From assembly GCA_963676795.2 (NCBI GenBank), contig CAXXTB010000002.1, positions 1,536,001 through 1,600,000 of the forward strand: a stretch of 64,000 nucleotides of DNA, written 5' to 3'. Origin of the DNA: Geopsychrobacteraceae bacterium. Its GTDB lineage: Bacteria; Desulfobacterota; Desulfuromonadia; Desulfuromonadales; Geopsychrobacteraceae. A program made the translations under genes and the position numbers. Below are positions 10,297-20,110 of the stretch, piece after piece. Under the pieces are notes generated by a model. It saw nothing but the letters and a program-made list of their open reading frames with translations. It was not told the DNA's origin and searched no databases. Positions within the stretch are counted from its first letter, which is position 1; the number at the start of each line of letters is the position of its first letter.

Positions 10297-11189
10297 GGGA
10301 CGAGGTTCTTTTCCAGCAGGAGTATCCGTTCAAAGGCCAGGTTCTGAACCTGAACGGACTCAACTATCATTATCTCGATGAGGGGAGCGGGGAGCCGCTG
10401 GTGCTGCTGCACGGCAATCCGTCCTGGTCGTTCTATTACCGCAACCTGGTCAAGGAGCTGTCCGGCTGCTACCGGCTGATCGTGCCTGATCATATCGGTT
10501 GCGGGCTGTCGGATAAACCTGCCGATTCTCAGTATTCATACCGGCTAGAACAACGGGTTGCCGACCTCGATGCCTTGATCGCCCATCTGGATATCGATCA
10601 AAAGATCACCCTGATCGTCCATGACTGGGGCGGCATGATCGGCATGAGCTGGGCAGCACGTCATCCGGAACGGATCGCCCGGCTGGTGATACTCAATACT
10701 GCGGCCTTTCCGCTGCCAACGTCCAAAAAACTGCCGCTGGCGCTGAAGATCTGTCGCAATACCCAACTCGGAGCTTTTCTGATTCAGGGCTGTAACGCTT
10801 TTGCCCGAGGTGCTGCCTGGGTCGGCTGTAAACGCAAGCGGATGGCCAAGCCGTTACGCAATCTCTACTGCAGCCCCTATGACAGCTGGCACAACCGGGT
10901 GGCGACCCTGCGTTTCGTTCAGGATATTCCCCTGCAGAAAGGGGATCCCGGCTTCGAACTGATCTGTGCGACCGAGGAAAGCCTGCAGCGCTTTGCCTCA
11001 CTGCCGATGCTGATCTGCTGGGGTGAACTCGATTTTGTCTTCGACCGGAATTTTCTCGCGGTCTGGCGGCAGAAGTTTGCCCAGGCTGAAGTCCATTCCT
11101 TCCCTGACTGCGGACACTATATTCTGGAAGATGCGCGGGACGAGGTTATCCCGCTGATCCGCGATTTCCTGCATCGCCATCCGTTGTAA
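10290..11189 (+). CDS. oleB: OleB, beta-lactone decarboxylase (haloalkane-dehalogenase-like alpha/beta hydrolase)
   Basis: HGNPSW, PDHIGCGLSDKP, VHDWGG (Asp nucleophile), CGHYILED. Overlaps the oleA stop. Confidence 0.88.
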   Translation: MVRDEVLFQQEYPFKGQVLNLNGLNYHYLDEGSGEPLVLLHGNPSWSFYYRNLVKELSGCYRLIVPDHIGCGLSDKPADSQYSYRLEQRVADLDALIAHLDIDQKITLIVHDWGGMIGMSWAARHPERIARLVILNTAAFPLPTSKKLPLALKICRNTQLGAFLIQGCNAFARGAAWVGCKRKRMAKPLRNLYCSPYDSWHNRVATLRFVQDIPLQKGDPGFELICATEESLQRFASLPMLICWGELDFVFDRNFLAVWRQKFAQAEVHSFPDCGHYILEDARDEVIPLIRDFLHRHPL

Positions 11190-11200
11190 GGGGGAAAGGC

Positions 11201-12853
11201 GTGTCCGTTGATTACAATATCGCCGCCCATCTGCCCCTCATGGCCGCCACTCAGCCAGACCGGATCGCAATCCATATTCCGCTCAAGGGCACTTCAGCGG
11301 AGCGACTGAGCTACGCCAGTTACAGTTACAGGGAGCTTGATCGCACAAGCAACCGGATGGCGGCTGCGCTTGAAGCGATCGGCATTTCGGCAGGGGTGAA
11401 AACCGTGCTGATGGTCAAACCGGGACTGGAATTCTTTGCCCTGACCTTCGCCCTGTTCAAGGTCGGCGCCGTACCGGTCTTTATCGATCCCGGTCTGGGG
11501 ATCAAAAATCTGAAAACCTGCCTTGCCGAAGCCGAACCTGAAGCCTTTATCGGTATTCCCAAGGCGCATCTGGCCCGGTTGCTGTTCGGCTGGGGGCGCA
11601 AGACGCTCAAGACCTTCGTTTCGCTCGGTGTTATGCCCGGTGGAGGCTATTGTCTCAGTCGGTTGCTGAAAAAGCAGCATAGTGATTCCTATGCCTGCCT
11701 GCCGCGGGGCAAGGACGATACCGCTGCCATTCTGTTTACCAGTGGCAGCACCGGTGTGCCCAAGGGGGCCTTGTATAGCCATGGCAATTTTGTTGCCCAG
11801 GTGGAGGCCTTAAAGCAGGTCTACCAGATTGAACCGGGTGAAATCGACCTGCCGACCTTTCCTCTCTTTGCCCTGTTTGCTCCGGCACTGGGGATGACCT
11901 CGGTGATCCCGCTGATGGATTTCACCCGGCCTGGTTCTGTCGATCCGCAGCAGATCATCGGGCCGATCAAAAGGTTTCAGGCGACAACCATGTTCGGCTC
12001 GCCGGCTCTGATCCGTCGGGTTGCTCACTATGGCGAAGAACATCAGGTCTTGATGCCGTCGCTGAAGCGGGTGATCTCGGCCGGAGCGCCGGTTCCGGCC
12101 GCAACCCTGGACTCCTTTTCTAAGCTGCTTGCTGACGGCGTTGAGATCTTCACTCCCTACGGCGCGACCGAGTCGCTGCCGGTCTGTTCCATCGGCAGCC
12201 GGGAGATTCTAGACGAAACCAGGGGCAAGACCGATCTGGGGCAGGGGATCTGCATCGGCCAACCGGTCCCTTCCATCGATTTGAAGATTATCCGTATCGA
12301 TGATCGACCGATCGGCAAATGGAGCGCTGATCTGGTTCTTGAGGATGGTGAGATCGGTGAAATCTGCGTGCGCGGAGAGCAGGTGACGCGCAGCTATTTC
12401 AACCGACCCGAATCGACGGCTCTGGCCAAGATCCAGTGCGCTGACGGCAGTTTCTTTCATCGTATGGGAGACCTCGGCTATCGCGATGCGGATGGGCGGA
12501 TCTGGTTCTGCGGCCGCAAGGCGCACCGGGTTGAGACCGGAACCCGGAGTTTTTATACCATTCCCTGTGAAGCGATCTTCAATACCCATCCGGCGGTCTT
12601 CCGTTCGGCATTGGTGGCTGTTGTCGTGGACGGCAGAACCCTGCCGGTGATCTGTGTCGAGCTGCAGGAGAGTGGCGCGGCACAAAGCCAGGAAGGGCTT
12701 ATCGCTGAGCTGCGTGTCCTTGCTGCTCAGCATGAGCTGACGCGGCCGATTGCAGATATCCTGATCCACCCCCAATTTCCGGTCGATATCCGCCATAACG
12801 CCAAGATCTTCCGCGAAAAGCTTGCGGCCTGGGCCCGGGAGCAGCTGTCATGA
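11201..12853 (+). CDS. oleC: OleC, beta-lactone synthetase (AMP-dependent ligase family)
   Basis: FTSGSTGVPKG, PYGATESLP, HRMGDLG, C-terminal FPVDIRHNAKIFRE. GTG start after a GGGGGAA RBS. Confidence 0.9.
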   Translation: MSVDYNIAAHLPLMAATQPDRIAIHIPLKGTSAERLSYASYSYRELDRTSNRMAAALEAIGISAGVKTVLMVKPGLEFFALTFALFKVGAVPVFIDPGLGIKNLKTCLAEAEPEAFIGIPKAHLARLLFGWGRKTLKTFVSLGVMPGGGYCLSRLLKKQHSDSYACLPRGKDDTAAILFTSGSTGVPKGALYSHGNFVAQVEALKQVYQIEPGEIDLPTFPLFALFAPALGMTSVIPLMDFTRPGSVDPQQIIGPIKRFQATTMFGSPALIRRVAHYGEEHQVLMPSLKRVISAGAPVPAATLDSFSKLLADGVEIFTPYGATESLPVCSIGSREILDETRGKTDLGQGICIGQPVPSIDLKIIRIDDRPIGKWSADLVLEDGEIGEICVRGEQVTRSYFNRPESTALAKIQCADGSFFHRMGDLGYRDADGRIWFCGRKAHRVETGTRSFYTIPCEAIFNTHPAVFRSALVAVVVDGRTLPVICVELQESGAAQSQEGLIAELRVLAAQHELTRPIADILIHPQFPVDIRHNAKIFREKLAAWAREQLS

Positions 12854-13842
12854 AAGTGCTGGTGACCGGTGGCGGCGGTTTTCTGGGACGTGCGATCGTG
12901 CGCAGACTGGTCGAACGGGGTGACAGGATCCGTTCCCTGACCCGCAATCGTTACCCGGAGCTGGACGCCCTGGGCGTCGAGCAGATCTGTGCTCCATTGA
13001 GCGATGCCGGGGCCGTGTTCGGGGCGGTCGAGGGGTGCGACCTGGTCTATCATGTGGCGGCCAAGGCCGGCGTCTGGGGCGCTTACCAGGACTACTACCA
13101 GGCCAATGTCGTGGGGACTCAAAATGTTGTCGAGGCCTGCCTGCAGAACGGCGTCAACAAACTTGTCTATACCAGTTCACCGAGCGTCGTCTTCGATGGT
13201 TCCGATATGGAAGGGGAAAATGAGTCACTGCCTTACCCGGATCACTATCATTCCTTTTATCCCCAGACCAAGGCGCAAGCCGAGCAGTATGTTCTTAAGG
13301 CCAATGGGCCGGAGCTGGCAACTGTCGCGTTGCGACCGCACCTGATCTGGGGTCCGGGGGACAATCACCTGGTTCCGCGCATTCTTGAACGGGGCAGGAG
13401 CGGAGCTTTGCGGCGGATCGGTGATAGGCCTTGCCTGGTCGATACGGTTTATATTGATAACGCTGCAGAGGCGCATATCCTGGCCGGTGAACGGATTGTG
13501 CCCGGTGCTGCCATTGCCGGTAAGGCCTATTTTATTGCCAACGACGAGCCGCTGCCGCTCTGGGAGATGATCAACCGGATCCTGGCCGCCGGCGGGGTTG
13601 CTCCCGTGACCAGATCCGTTTCGCCTCAGGTTGCCTATGCTGCCGGGTGGCTGCTGGAAAAGGCCTATACCCTGCTGAAGTTGTCAGGTGAACCACGCAT
13701 GACCCGCTTCGTTGCCAGGGAATTGTCGACGGCCCACTGGTTCGATCTGGCTGCAGCGAAAAGAGATTTGAACTATCGTTCACTGGTGTCAGTCGATGAG
13801 GGGTTGAAGCATCTTTCCAGGTGGTTAAGTGATAAAAGTTAA
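12850..13842 (+). CDS. oleD: OleD, 2-alkyl-3-oxoalkanoate reductase (extended SDR, 3-beta-HSD-like)
   Basis: VTGGGGFLG, HVAAKAG, YTSSPSV, YPQTK (YxxxK), LRPHLIWGPGD. ATGA overlap with oleC. Confidence 0.9.
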   Translation: MKVLVTGGGGFLGRAIVRRLVERGDRIRSLTRNRYPELDALGVEQICAPLSDAGAVFGAVEGCDLVYHVAAKAGVWGAYQDYYQANVVGTQNVVEACLQNGVNKLVYTSSPSVVFDGSDMEGENESLPYPDHYHSFYPQTKAQAEQYVLKANGPELATVALRPHLIWGPGDNHLVPRILERGRSGALRRIGDRPCLVDTVYIDNAAEAHILAGERIVPGAAIAGKAYFIANDEPLPLWEMINRILAAGGVAPVTRSVSPQVAYAAGWLLEKAYTLLKLSGEPRMTRFVARELSTAHWFDLAAAKRDLNYRSLVSVDEGLKHLSRWLSDKS

Positions 13843-14518
13843 TCCTTTACTTGATATTGAAAAAACCTCTGCTCTTTACTATCCCGGGACCATTCATGAC
13901 CGGGACGTTCATCTCTGGTTCTGCCCTCTCAAGACTGATAAATCGACCGATCTGATACGCAGTGTTCTTGCTGCTGATGAGATCGCAAAGGCGCAGCGGC
14001 TGATTATCAGGGAAAAGCGTCACCAGTTGATCTATTCCCGATATTTTCTGCGCACTGTTCTTGCCAGTTATCTGAACTGCTCACCAGAGATGGTTGCTTT
14101 TCGTTATTCTGAGTTCGGTAAGCCGTATCTTGCTGGAGGAGACGGTGTGCAGCTGTCTTTCAATCTGTCTCATTCCGATGATCTGGTTGTTCTTGCCATA
14201 AGTTCAGTTGGGGAGATCGGCGTTGACGTCGAAAAAATAGACAGAAATTTTGACTGGCAGGGGGTGGCCCAGCGTTATCTGAGTCCGGAAGAAAATCATC
14301 TTTTGCTTTCAGTCTCACCAACAAGGCGCCAGCGACGGTTCTACCGGATCTGGACGGCCAAAGAAGCCAGTCTCAAGTGCACAGGGGCAGGTCTGGGTTG
14401 CAAGGTTTCTGACCCGCATTGGCAGAGACAGATCTATATCGCTCCCGGCTATGTCTGCACTTGCGCCTGTGATATAAGGCCTTCAGGAATTGTTCGCTAT
14501 CGATTGAAAGATCTGTGA
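13829..14518 (+). CDS. pfaE: Sfp-type 4'-phosphopantetheinyl transferase (PfaE-like)
   Basis: GKP, FNLSHS, IGVDVE and WTAKEASLK motifs. Overlaps the end of oleD. Confidence 0.85.
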   Translation: MIKVNPLLDIEKTSALYYPGTIHDRDVHLWFCPLKTDKSTDLIRSVLAADEIAKAQRLIIREKRHQLIYSRYFLRTVLASYLNCSPEMVAFRYSEFGKPYLAGGDGVQLSFNLSHSDDLVVLAISSVGEIGVDVEKIDRNFDWQGVAQRYLSPEENHLLLSVSPTRRQRRFYRIWTAKEASLKCTGAGLGCKVSDPHWQRQIYIAPGYVCTCACDIRPSGIVRYRLKDL

Positions 14519-14552
14519 TATTATTGCTTTATCATCTTTACGGAGAGCCGTT

Positions 14553-15923
14553 ATGAGGAGACAGATCTTTCTGGGGGCGGGCTGGGTACTGTTGTTTTCC
14601 GGGTGGCTGAGTGCTTTCTGGCTGAACGGGGCAAACCCTGATTCGACGGCCTACTATCTGATTCCTGCTTTTCTGCTGGGGATCGGCATGGGGTTGATCC
14701 GCAAGGTCGCCAGTGGCAAGATCATGGTCGTCAGCCTCGCTTTTTCAGCGGTGTTGGCCATTGCCCTCTATAACAGGTTCGAACCGCAGCGCCCGATCAG
14801 TTTCTCCGAATTTCAACAGCGCATCAAAAAAGCCTCGCTCAATGACATCCCTCTGCTTGTTTCACCGCAGGTTCTGGAACAGGCTCCAGAGCTTGGACAA
14901 CAGGTCCTGAAGTCGCCAGCAAAGATCGTAGTCAGTGTCTTTGCCCGGCTGCCGGCCGCCGGCCGTAATCTGGCATTTGATGATCAGGGCAATCTTTATG
15001 TCAGCATTCCGGAACTGGGTGCGATCTATCAGTTGAGAAACGCCGATCAGGACGATTTTGCCGATGGTCAGGTCCTCTACCAATACGGTCTGGATCGTCC
15101 GACCGGCCTGACCTGGCATCAGGGTAAACTCTATGTTGCGACGCCAGCACAGGTGCTGGAGCTTACCGATCTGGATGGCGACTCGGTTGCCGATGAGACC
15201 CAGTCTCTGGTCTCCGGGCTGCCAGATGACGGTGGCTACTGGCAACGCGGCTTGGTTGCCGGAAGTTCAGATGCCCTCTATCTTTCCATCGGTTCCCGCT
15301 GTAATCTCTGTGATGAAAAAGACTCTCTGCGCGCTACGATTCAGCGGCTCACCTTGGCCAGTGGTACCTTGACCCCCTATGCAAGCGGCTTGCGTAATAC
15401 GACCGGGCTGGCAACAGCTCCCGATACCCAGCAGCTCTGGGCCGCCGAGAACGGTACGCAAGGGGAGGGGAGAGATGTCCGGCCGGACGAAATCAATCGA
15501 ATTTCTCAGGGAAAAAACTTTGGCTGGCCACATTGTTACGCTCAACAGCAGCCGGAGACAAGAATTGAACAGACAGTGTCCTGCCGTAACAGCGAGCCGA
15601 GTGCGGTCGATCTGCCGCCTCGCTCCGGGGTCGCCGGAATCGCCTTTGGTGACGGTCTGAATGCCCCCCAGGAATATCGAGACAGTCTATTCGTCATCAT
15701 GCGGGGGAACGAAAGTCTTCAGCCTCAGGTTGTTCGGATCGATTATCAACAGGGGCGGCTGGAGGATTTCGGCCGGGATTTCCTCTCCGGCTGGCGTGTC
15801 AACGACGTTGAGTGGGGTGCTCCGGCGGATCTTCAGGTCGGGCCGGATGGCAACCTGTATATGAGCGATGAAAAGTCCGGAGTTATCTACCGGATTCATT
15901 GGCTCCAGGAGTCTGCGTTATGA
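14553..15923 (+). CDS. PQQ-dependent sugar/sorbosone dehydrogenase-like beta-propeller with N-terminal membrane anchor
   Basis: About three N-terminal hydrophobic segments. GLDRPTGL, LYLSIGSRCNLC, SGLRNTTGL, DEIN...NFGWP, GPDGNLYMSDE. Confidence 0.75.
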   Translation: MRRQIFLGAGWVLLFSGWLSAFWLNGANPDSTAYYLIPAFLLGIGMGLIRKVASGKIMVVSLAFSAVLAIALYNRFEPQRPISFSEFQQRIKKASLNDIPLLVSPQVLEQAPELGQQVLKSPAKIVVSVFARLPAAGRNLAFDDQGNLYVSIPELGAIYQLRNADQDDFADGQVLYQYGLDRPTGLTWHQGKLYVATPAQVLELTDLDGDSVADETQSLVSGLPDDGGYWQRGLVAGSSDALYLSIGSRCNLCDEKDSLRATIQRLTLASGTLTPYASGLRNTTGLATAPDTQQLWAAENGTQGEGRDVRPDEINRISQGKNFGWPHCYAQQQPETRIEQTVSCRNSEPSAVDLPPRSGVAGIAFGDGLNAPQEYRDSLFVIMRGNESLQPQVVRIDYQQGRLEDFGRDFLSGWRVNDVEWGAPADLQVGPDGNLYMSDEKSGVIYRIHWLQESAL

Positions 15924-16055
15924 TGGCTTGTCATGGCTGAACCTCTATTCGTCAGAACTTAAAGTGAGTCATTCTTATTTTTTTGTAAAATTTCTCCTTG
16001 ACTCTCCAGAATCGATCTGGTACTTCATTGCCCACGTTGAAACGACGTACAGTTC

Positions 16056-16129
16056 GGCCCCGTCGCCAAGTGGTAAGGCAGAGGTCTGCAACACCTTTAT
16101 CCCCAGTTCGAATCTGGGCGGGGCCTCCA
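16056..16129 (+). tRNA. tRNA-Cys(GCA)
   Basis: GGCCCCG acceptor stem, anticodon arm GAGGT-CTGCAAC-ACCTT, GTTCGAATC T-loop, encoded CCA. Confidence 0.95.
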
Positions 16130-16140
16130 CAAAACAAGTC

Positions 16141-16179
16141 AGAGTGTCAGCTGCTAGCGGTTGACACTCTTTTGCTTTT
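16141..16179 (+). terminator. Intrinsic terminator after tRNA-Cys
   Basis: agagtgtcagctgc/gcggttgacactct hairpin followed by tttgctttt. Confidence 0.65.
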
Positions 16180-16186
16180 CAAGGCT

Positions 16187-17005
16187 ATGGATCTCATTTC
16201 TCCTCAGATCATATCGCTTATTGTGATTGTCGGTGCTCTTGCCGGATTTCTTGCCGGACTGTTGGGAATCGGCGGGGGGGTGATCCTTGTGCCTCTGTTC
16301 CTCTGGCTATTTCCGCTTGCCGGATTTCCCTCTGAGCAGATTGTCCACATCGCTTTTGCAACCAGTCTGGCGATTATCTTTCCGACGGCCATAAGCAGCG
16401 CTCATGCCCACAGGCTCAAGGGGAACGTGGTCTGGGGGATGGTCGGTTACCTGATTGCCGGCGGTGTCGCCGGCTCCTTTGGCGGATCATCAGCCGCGGC
16501 GGTGATGCCCGGCGGGCAGCTCAAGCTCGCCTTTGCCCTGCTGATGATTGCAATCGGCATCAATCTGCTCCTCAAACGTCAGAAACAGGATGAAGCCGTA
16601 GCCTCACTGGCCGTAAAGCCTGTCCCGTTGATGGTTGTCGGTCTGATCGGTGGCTTCGCTTCAGCATTTTTCGGTATCGGTGGCGGGGTTGTTGCCGTTC
16701 CGCTGATGCTTATGCTGCTGCGCCTGCCGATCCATCTTGCCGTTGGGAACTCCAGTGCCTTGATCGTCGTCTCCTCCTTCGCGGCTGTTTGCTGTTATAT
16801 TTATTATGGATGGGGTCAGCCTGATCTGCCTGATTTCTCGCTTGGCTATGTCAATCTGCTGGTTGCTGTTATTGTCGCTCCGGTCAGTATTCTCGCCGCT
16901 CGATACGGGGTCAGGTTGGCTGCTAAGACGAGTCAGGCGAAACTGGTCAAGATTTTCGCCATTCTGCTGATCCTTGTCGGAGCAAAAATACTCCTGCAGG
17001 GCTAA
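16187..17005 (+). CDS. Sulfite exporter TauE/SafE family membrane protein
   Basis: Duplicated motifs AGLLGIGGGVILVP and SAFFGIGGGVVAVP, about 8 TM segments. Start moved to ATG 16187 because the longer ORF runs through tRNA-Cys. Confidence 0.85.
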   Translation: MDLISPQIISLIVIVGALAGFLAGLLGIGGGVILVPLFLWLFPLAGFPSEQIVHIAFATSLAIIFPTAISSAHAHRLKGNVVWGMVGYLIAGGVAGSFGGSSAAAVMPGGQLKLAFALLMIAIGINLLLKRQKQDEAVASLAVKPVPLMVVGLIGGFASAFFGIGGGVVAVPLMLMLLRLPIHLAVGNSSALIVVSSFAAVCCYIYYGWGQPDLPDFSLGYVNLLVAVIVAPVSILAARYGVRLAAKTSQAKLVKIFAILLILVGAKILLQG

Positions 17006-17025
17006 CAGCGCGACAGGAGTGAGCT

Positions 17026-17829
17026 ATGATCCGTCAGACGGCAGTTGCAGGAAGTTTCTATCCGGCAGATCCGGGTGCTCTCGGTGCCCAACTCGATAGC
17101 TTGCTGGACAGCCATGAAGCGCGCAGGAAGGTCCGTGCGATCGTTGTCCCGCACGCCGGTTACGTCTATTCCGGAGCGATTGCCGGTGCCGTTTTTTCCC
17201 GAATTGAAATTCCTCGCCGGATCATACTGATCGGGCCGAACCATACCGGAGTGGGGCCTGCCTGCTCGGTCTGCAGTTCGGATCACTGGGCGACCCCTTT
17301 CGGTCCGGTGACGGTCGCGGCCGGTTTGAGGCAGCGGCTGCTTGAGTCGATCCCGGTGCTGGAAGCAGATCTTCTGGCCCATCACTATGAACATTCGCTG
17401 GAGGTCATGCTGCCGTTTTTGCTGCGCATGCGTAGCGATGTCGAAATCGTTCCGATTATCCTCGGCGGACTTGGCCTCAATGACGCCTTGACCCTTGGCG
17501 ATGAACTGGCTAAGGTACTGGCGCGCGAAGAGGAAGAGGTTCTGCTGCTGGCCAGCAGTGATATGAACCATTTCGAGAGCGCCGCAGAAACGGAGCGCCT
17601 CGATCATCTGGCCATCGCGGCGATGGAGGACTACGCTCCGGAGCGGCTTTATCAGGTTGTCAGGGATAACCGGATAACGATGTGTGGCGTGCTGCCGGTC
17701 ATTGCCGTCATGCGGGCGGCAAGGCGCCTCGGCGCATCAACCTGTGAGCTGGTCAAATACGGTCATTCCGGGCAGGTAAACGGCGACAACAGTCGTGTCG
17801 TCGGATATGCCGGTTTGACCATTGAATAA
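17026..17829 (+). CDS. amrB: Memo-like protein (AmmeMemoRadiSam system protein B)
   Basis: AVAGSFYP, VPHAGYVYSG, IGPNH, EHSLEV, ASSDMNH, TMCG, VVGYA. Confidence 0.9.
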   Translation: MIRQTAVAGSFYPADPGALGAQLDSLLDSHEARRKVRAIVVPHAGYVYSGAIAGAVFSRIEIPRRIILIGPNHTGVGPACSVCSSDHWATPFGPVTVAAGLRQRLLESIPVLEADLLAHHYEHSLEVMLPFLLRMRSDVEIVPIILGGLGLNDALTLGDELAKVLAREEEEVLLLASSDMNHFESAAETERLDHLAIAAMEDYAPERLYQVVRDNRITMCGVLPVIAVMRAARRLGASTCELVKYGHSGQVNGDNSRVVGYAGLTIE

Positions 17830-17832
17830 TTC

Positions 17833-17973
17833 GTTTCTGTCCGGAAACGGCCCTTTTCCGCCGTGGCGTCGTCAATCTGCGCGCTTATTTGTGCGGCGTA
17901 AAGCACTACGCCTCCGCATAAGCCCTTGATATTTCTTGCCACGGAAAAAATTGCTCGTTTCCAAATCAGAAAC
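17833..17973. repeat. About 140-bp long imperfect palindrome (REP/MITE-like intergenic element)
   Basis: Nested pairings gtttctg/cagaaac, ggaaacg/cgtttcc, ccgtggc/gccacgg, tcaa/ttga, gcttat/ataagc, ggcgta/tacgcc. Confidence 0.75.
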
Positions 17974-18043
17974 TGACGCGTTGCCTTCCTGAGTCTTCGG
18001 ATAGCAACTAATTCGTAATTTTATGTTGCCAAAAGGAGTTTCC

Positions 18044-19441
18044 ATGTCTGATTTGCGTGTTCGCTTCGCTCCGAGCCCGACCGGTTATCTGCACATCGGC
18101 GGAGCCAGAACGGCTTTGTTCAATTATCTGCTGGCCAAGAAAAACAACGGGACCTTTGTCCTGCGTATCGAAGATACAGACGTGGAACGCTCAACCCAGG
18201 AATCGGTTGATGCCATCCTTTTTGCCATGGACTGGCTCGGCCTGTCCTATGACGAAGGTCCGTTCTACCAGACCGAGCGCTTCGACCTGTACAAGCAGAA
18301 GGTCCAGGAGATGCTCGATAACGGCAAGGCCTATCGCTGTTACTGCACCCCTGAGGAACTGGAAGCCAAGCGCGAGAAGGCGATGGCCGAAGGACGCAAG
18401 CCGAAGTACGACGGCACCTGCCGTAACCGCACTGATCAGCCTGATGCTCCCTTTGTCGTGCGTTTCAAACTGCCGGAAGACAAGGAGGAGACAACCTTCA
18501 ATGACAGGATCAAGGGGCCGATCACCTTCCGTCATGAAGAGCTTGACGATCTGATCATTCAGCGTAGCGACGGGACGCCGACCTACAACTTTGTCGTTGT
18601 CATTGACGACGCCGAGATGGATATCAATCTGATCATTCGTGGTGACGATCACGTCAATAACACCCCGCGTCAGATCCTGCTCTATGAAGCCATGGGTTAT
18701 GCAGTCCCGGAATTCGCCCATGTGCCGATGATCCTCGGTTCCGACAAGAAGCGTCTGTCGAAGCGTCATGGTGCGACCTCGGTCATGGCCTACCAGGAGA
18801 TGGGCATTCTGCCTGAGGCCCTGATCAACTATCTGGCCCGTCTCGGCTGGTCCTGTGGCGACGAAGAGATCTTCAGCATGGCTGACCTGATCGAGAAGTT
18901 CAGCCTCGAGAACGTCGGAAGGGCAGCCGGGGTTTTCAACCCGGAAAAACTGAACTGGCTGAACAGTCACTATATCAAGACCGGTGATGTCTCTCGTCTG
19001 GCAGAACTGCTCAAGCCGTTCCTCACTGCAAAAGGGGTTGATTTCAGCAATGGCCCTGATATGGCGGCGGTGGTGAAAACTCTGCAGGAGCGTTCCTCAA
19101 CGCTCATCGAAATGGCTGACGGGGCGGCATTCTATTTTGCTGAGACAATCGAATACGATGAGAAGGCCAGGGAAAAGTTTCTTACGGCCGATCAGGCGGA
19201 TCTTTTTGCCGTTGTCGTCGAACAGCTCGAAGCCTGCGATCAGTTCAACCATGACGGCCTGGACAGAGCGTTTGCCGTTGTCATGGAAAAGACCGGACTC
19301 AAGTTCGGCAAGGTTGCCCAGCCGCTGCGTGTCGCATTGACCGGAGTGACGGCAAGTCCAAGTATCTATGAGGTACTCGAGGTTCTCGGCAAGGATCGTT
19401 CTTTGCGGAGAATCAAGGCTGCGCAGCAAGCGCTGGTTTAA
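18044..19441 (+). CDS. gltX: Glutamate--tRNA ligase
   Basis: [14 protein letters not shown] (HIGH), LRIEDTD, CYC, RGDDH, LSKR (KMSKS). AAGGAG RBS precedes ATG 18044. Confidence 0.96.
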   Translation: MSDLRVRFAPSPTGYLHIGGARTALFNYLLAKKNNGTFVLRIEDTDVERSTQESVDAILFAMDWLGLSYDEGPFYQTERFDLYKQKVQEMLDNGKAYRCYCTPEELEAKREKAMAEGRKPKYDGTCRNRTDQPDAPFVVRFKLPEDKEETTFNDRIKGPITFRHEELDDLIIQRSDGTPTYNFVVVIDDAEMDINLIIRGDDHVNNTPRQILLYEAMGYAVPEFAHVPMILGSDKKRLSKRHGATSVMAYQEMGILPEALINYLARLGWSCGDEEIFSMADLIEKFSLENVGRAAGVFNPEKLNWLNSHYIKTGDVSRLAELLKPFLTAKGVDFSNGPDMAAVVKTLQERSSTLIEMADGAAFYFAETIEYDEKAREKFLTADQADLFAVVVEQLEACDQFNHDGLDRAFAVVMEKTGLKFGKVAQPLRVALTGVTASPSIYEVLEVLGKDRSLRRIKAAQQALV

Positions 19442-19486
19442 TGTCCGTGGATTCCCGTACAGTCACTCGGGGATAACGAAATCTTT

Positions 19487-19519
19487 AAAGCCCTGGCGCA
19501 AGTACCAGGGCTTTTTTTT
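19487..19519. terminator. Intrinsic terminator between convergent gltX and PilZ genes
   Basis: aaagccctgg-N8-ccagggcttt followed by a T run. Confidence 0.8.
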
Positions 19520-19520
19520 A

Positions 19521-19880
19521 TTACTGACTCTTTCTGACCCATTCTTCAATCTGGTTACTTGTTTCTTCCGGCATATCGAGAAACTTCATCCCCATTCCCG
19601 GCTCAAAAGGAAGATGAGAGCCGATAGGTCTTTTCCAGACAACCTCACAGCGGCAGCGAACGGAACCTTTGAGTGGGGCCGGGAGCTGAAACTCGAGGTT
19701 GATCTGCTCTCCCGGTTCTATCGCATTGGTTGTGGCAATGAAAATCCCGCTCCGGCTGATATTCTTCATATATCCGAAAAAAGCAGTCCGGTCGTTGTTG
19801 AGATGAACCTTCTGAATAATAAGAGGGGCCCGTAGGTTTTTTCGTGCATCACCCTGAATCCGATCGTTCGTGTCGTTCAT
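19521..19880 (-). CDS. Single-domain PilZ protein (TIGR02266-like), probable c-di-GMP receptor
   Basis: RKNLR (RxxxR), NISRSG (D/NxSxxG), EVVW...PGMGMKF. Confidence 0.85.
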   Translation of the reverse strand: MNDTNDRIQGDARKNLRAPLIIQKVHLNNDRTAFFGYMKNISRSGIFIATTNAIEPGEQINLEFQLPAPLKGSVRCRCEVVWKRPIGSHLPFEPGMGMKFLDMPEETSNQIEEWVRKSQ

Positions 19881-20110
19881 TTAAAGCTCCTGATCCGTCT
19901 GTTTTTAATTTGTTCAGTTTAGCACCCTTTGAATGAATGAGCATTTATTTTGTAAGGATTGGGTGAAAAATCGAACGCGGTCGGTTTTTTGTTGAAAGTC
20001 ATCGGATTGTGACTTATTCTCGACTCAATTCGACTTTTAATTTTTGCTTCGACTTTAAAATTTATTCAGATTACGCTGAGTAGATAAGAATATTCGTATG
20101 TTACCAGCCA

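Noticed and set aside
10290..11189. Haloalkane dehalogenase call
   Set aside because: Its position between oleA and oleC identifies it as OleB, which shares that fold.
15998..16186. N-terminal extension of the TauE/SafE ORF in the ORF track
   Set aside because: It runs through tRNA-Cys and its terminator; ATG 16187 gives a normal-length protein.
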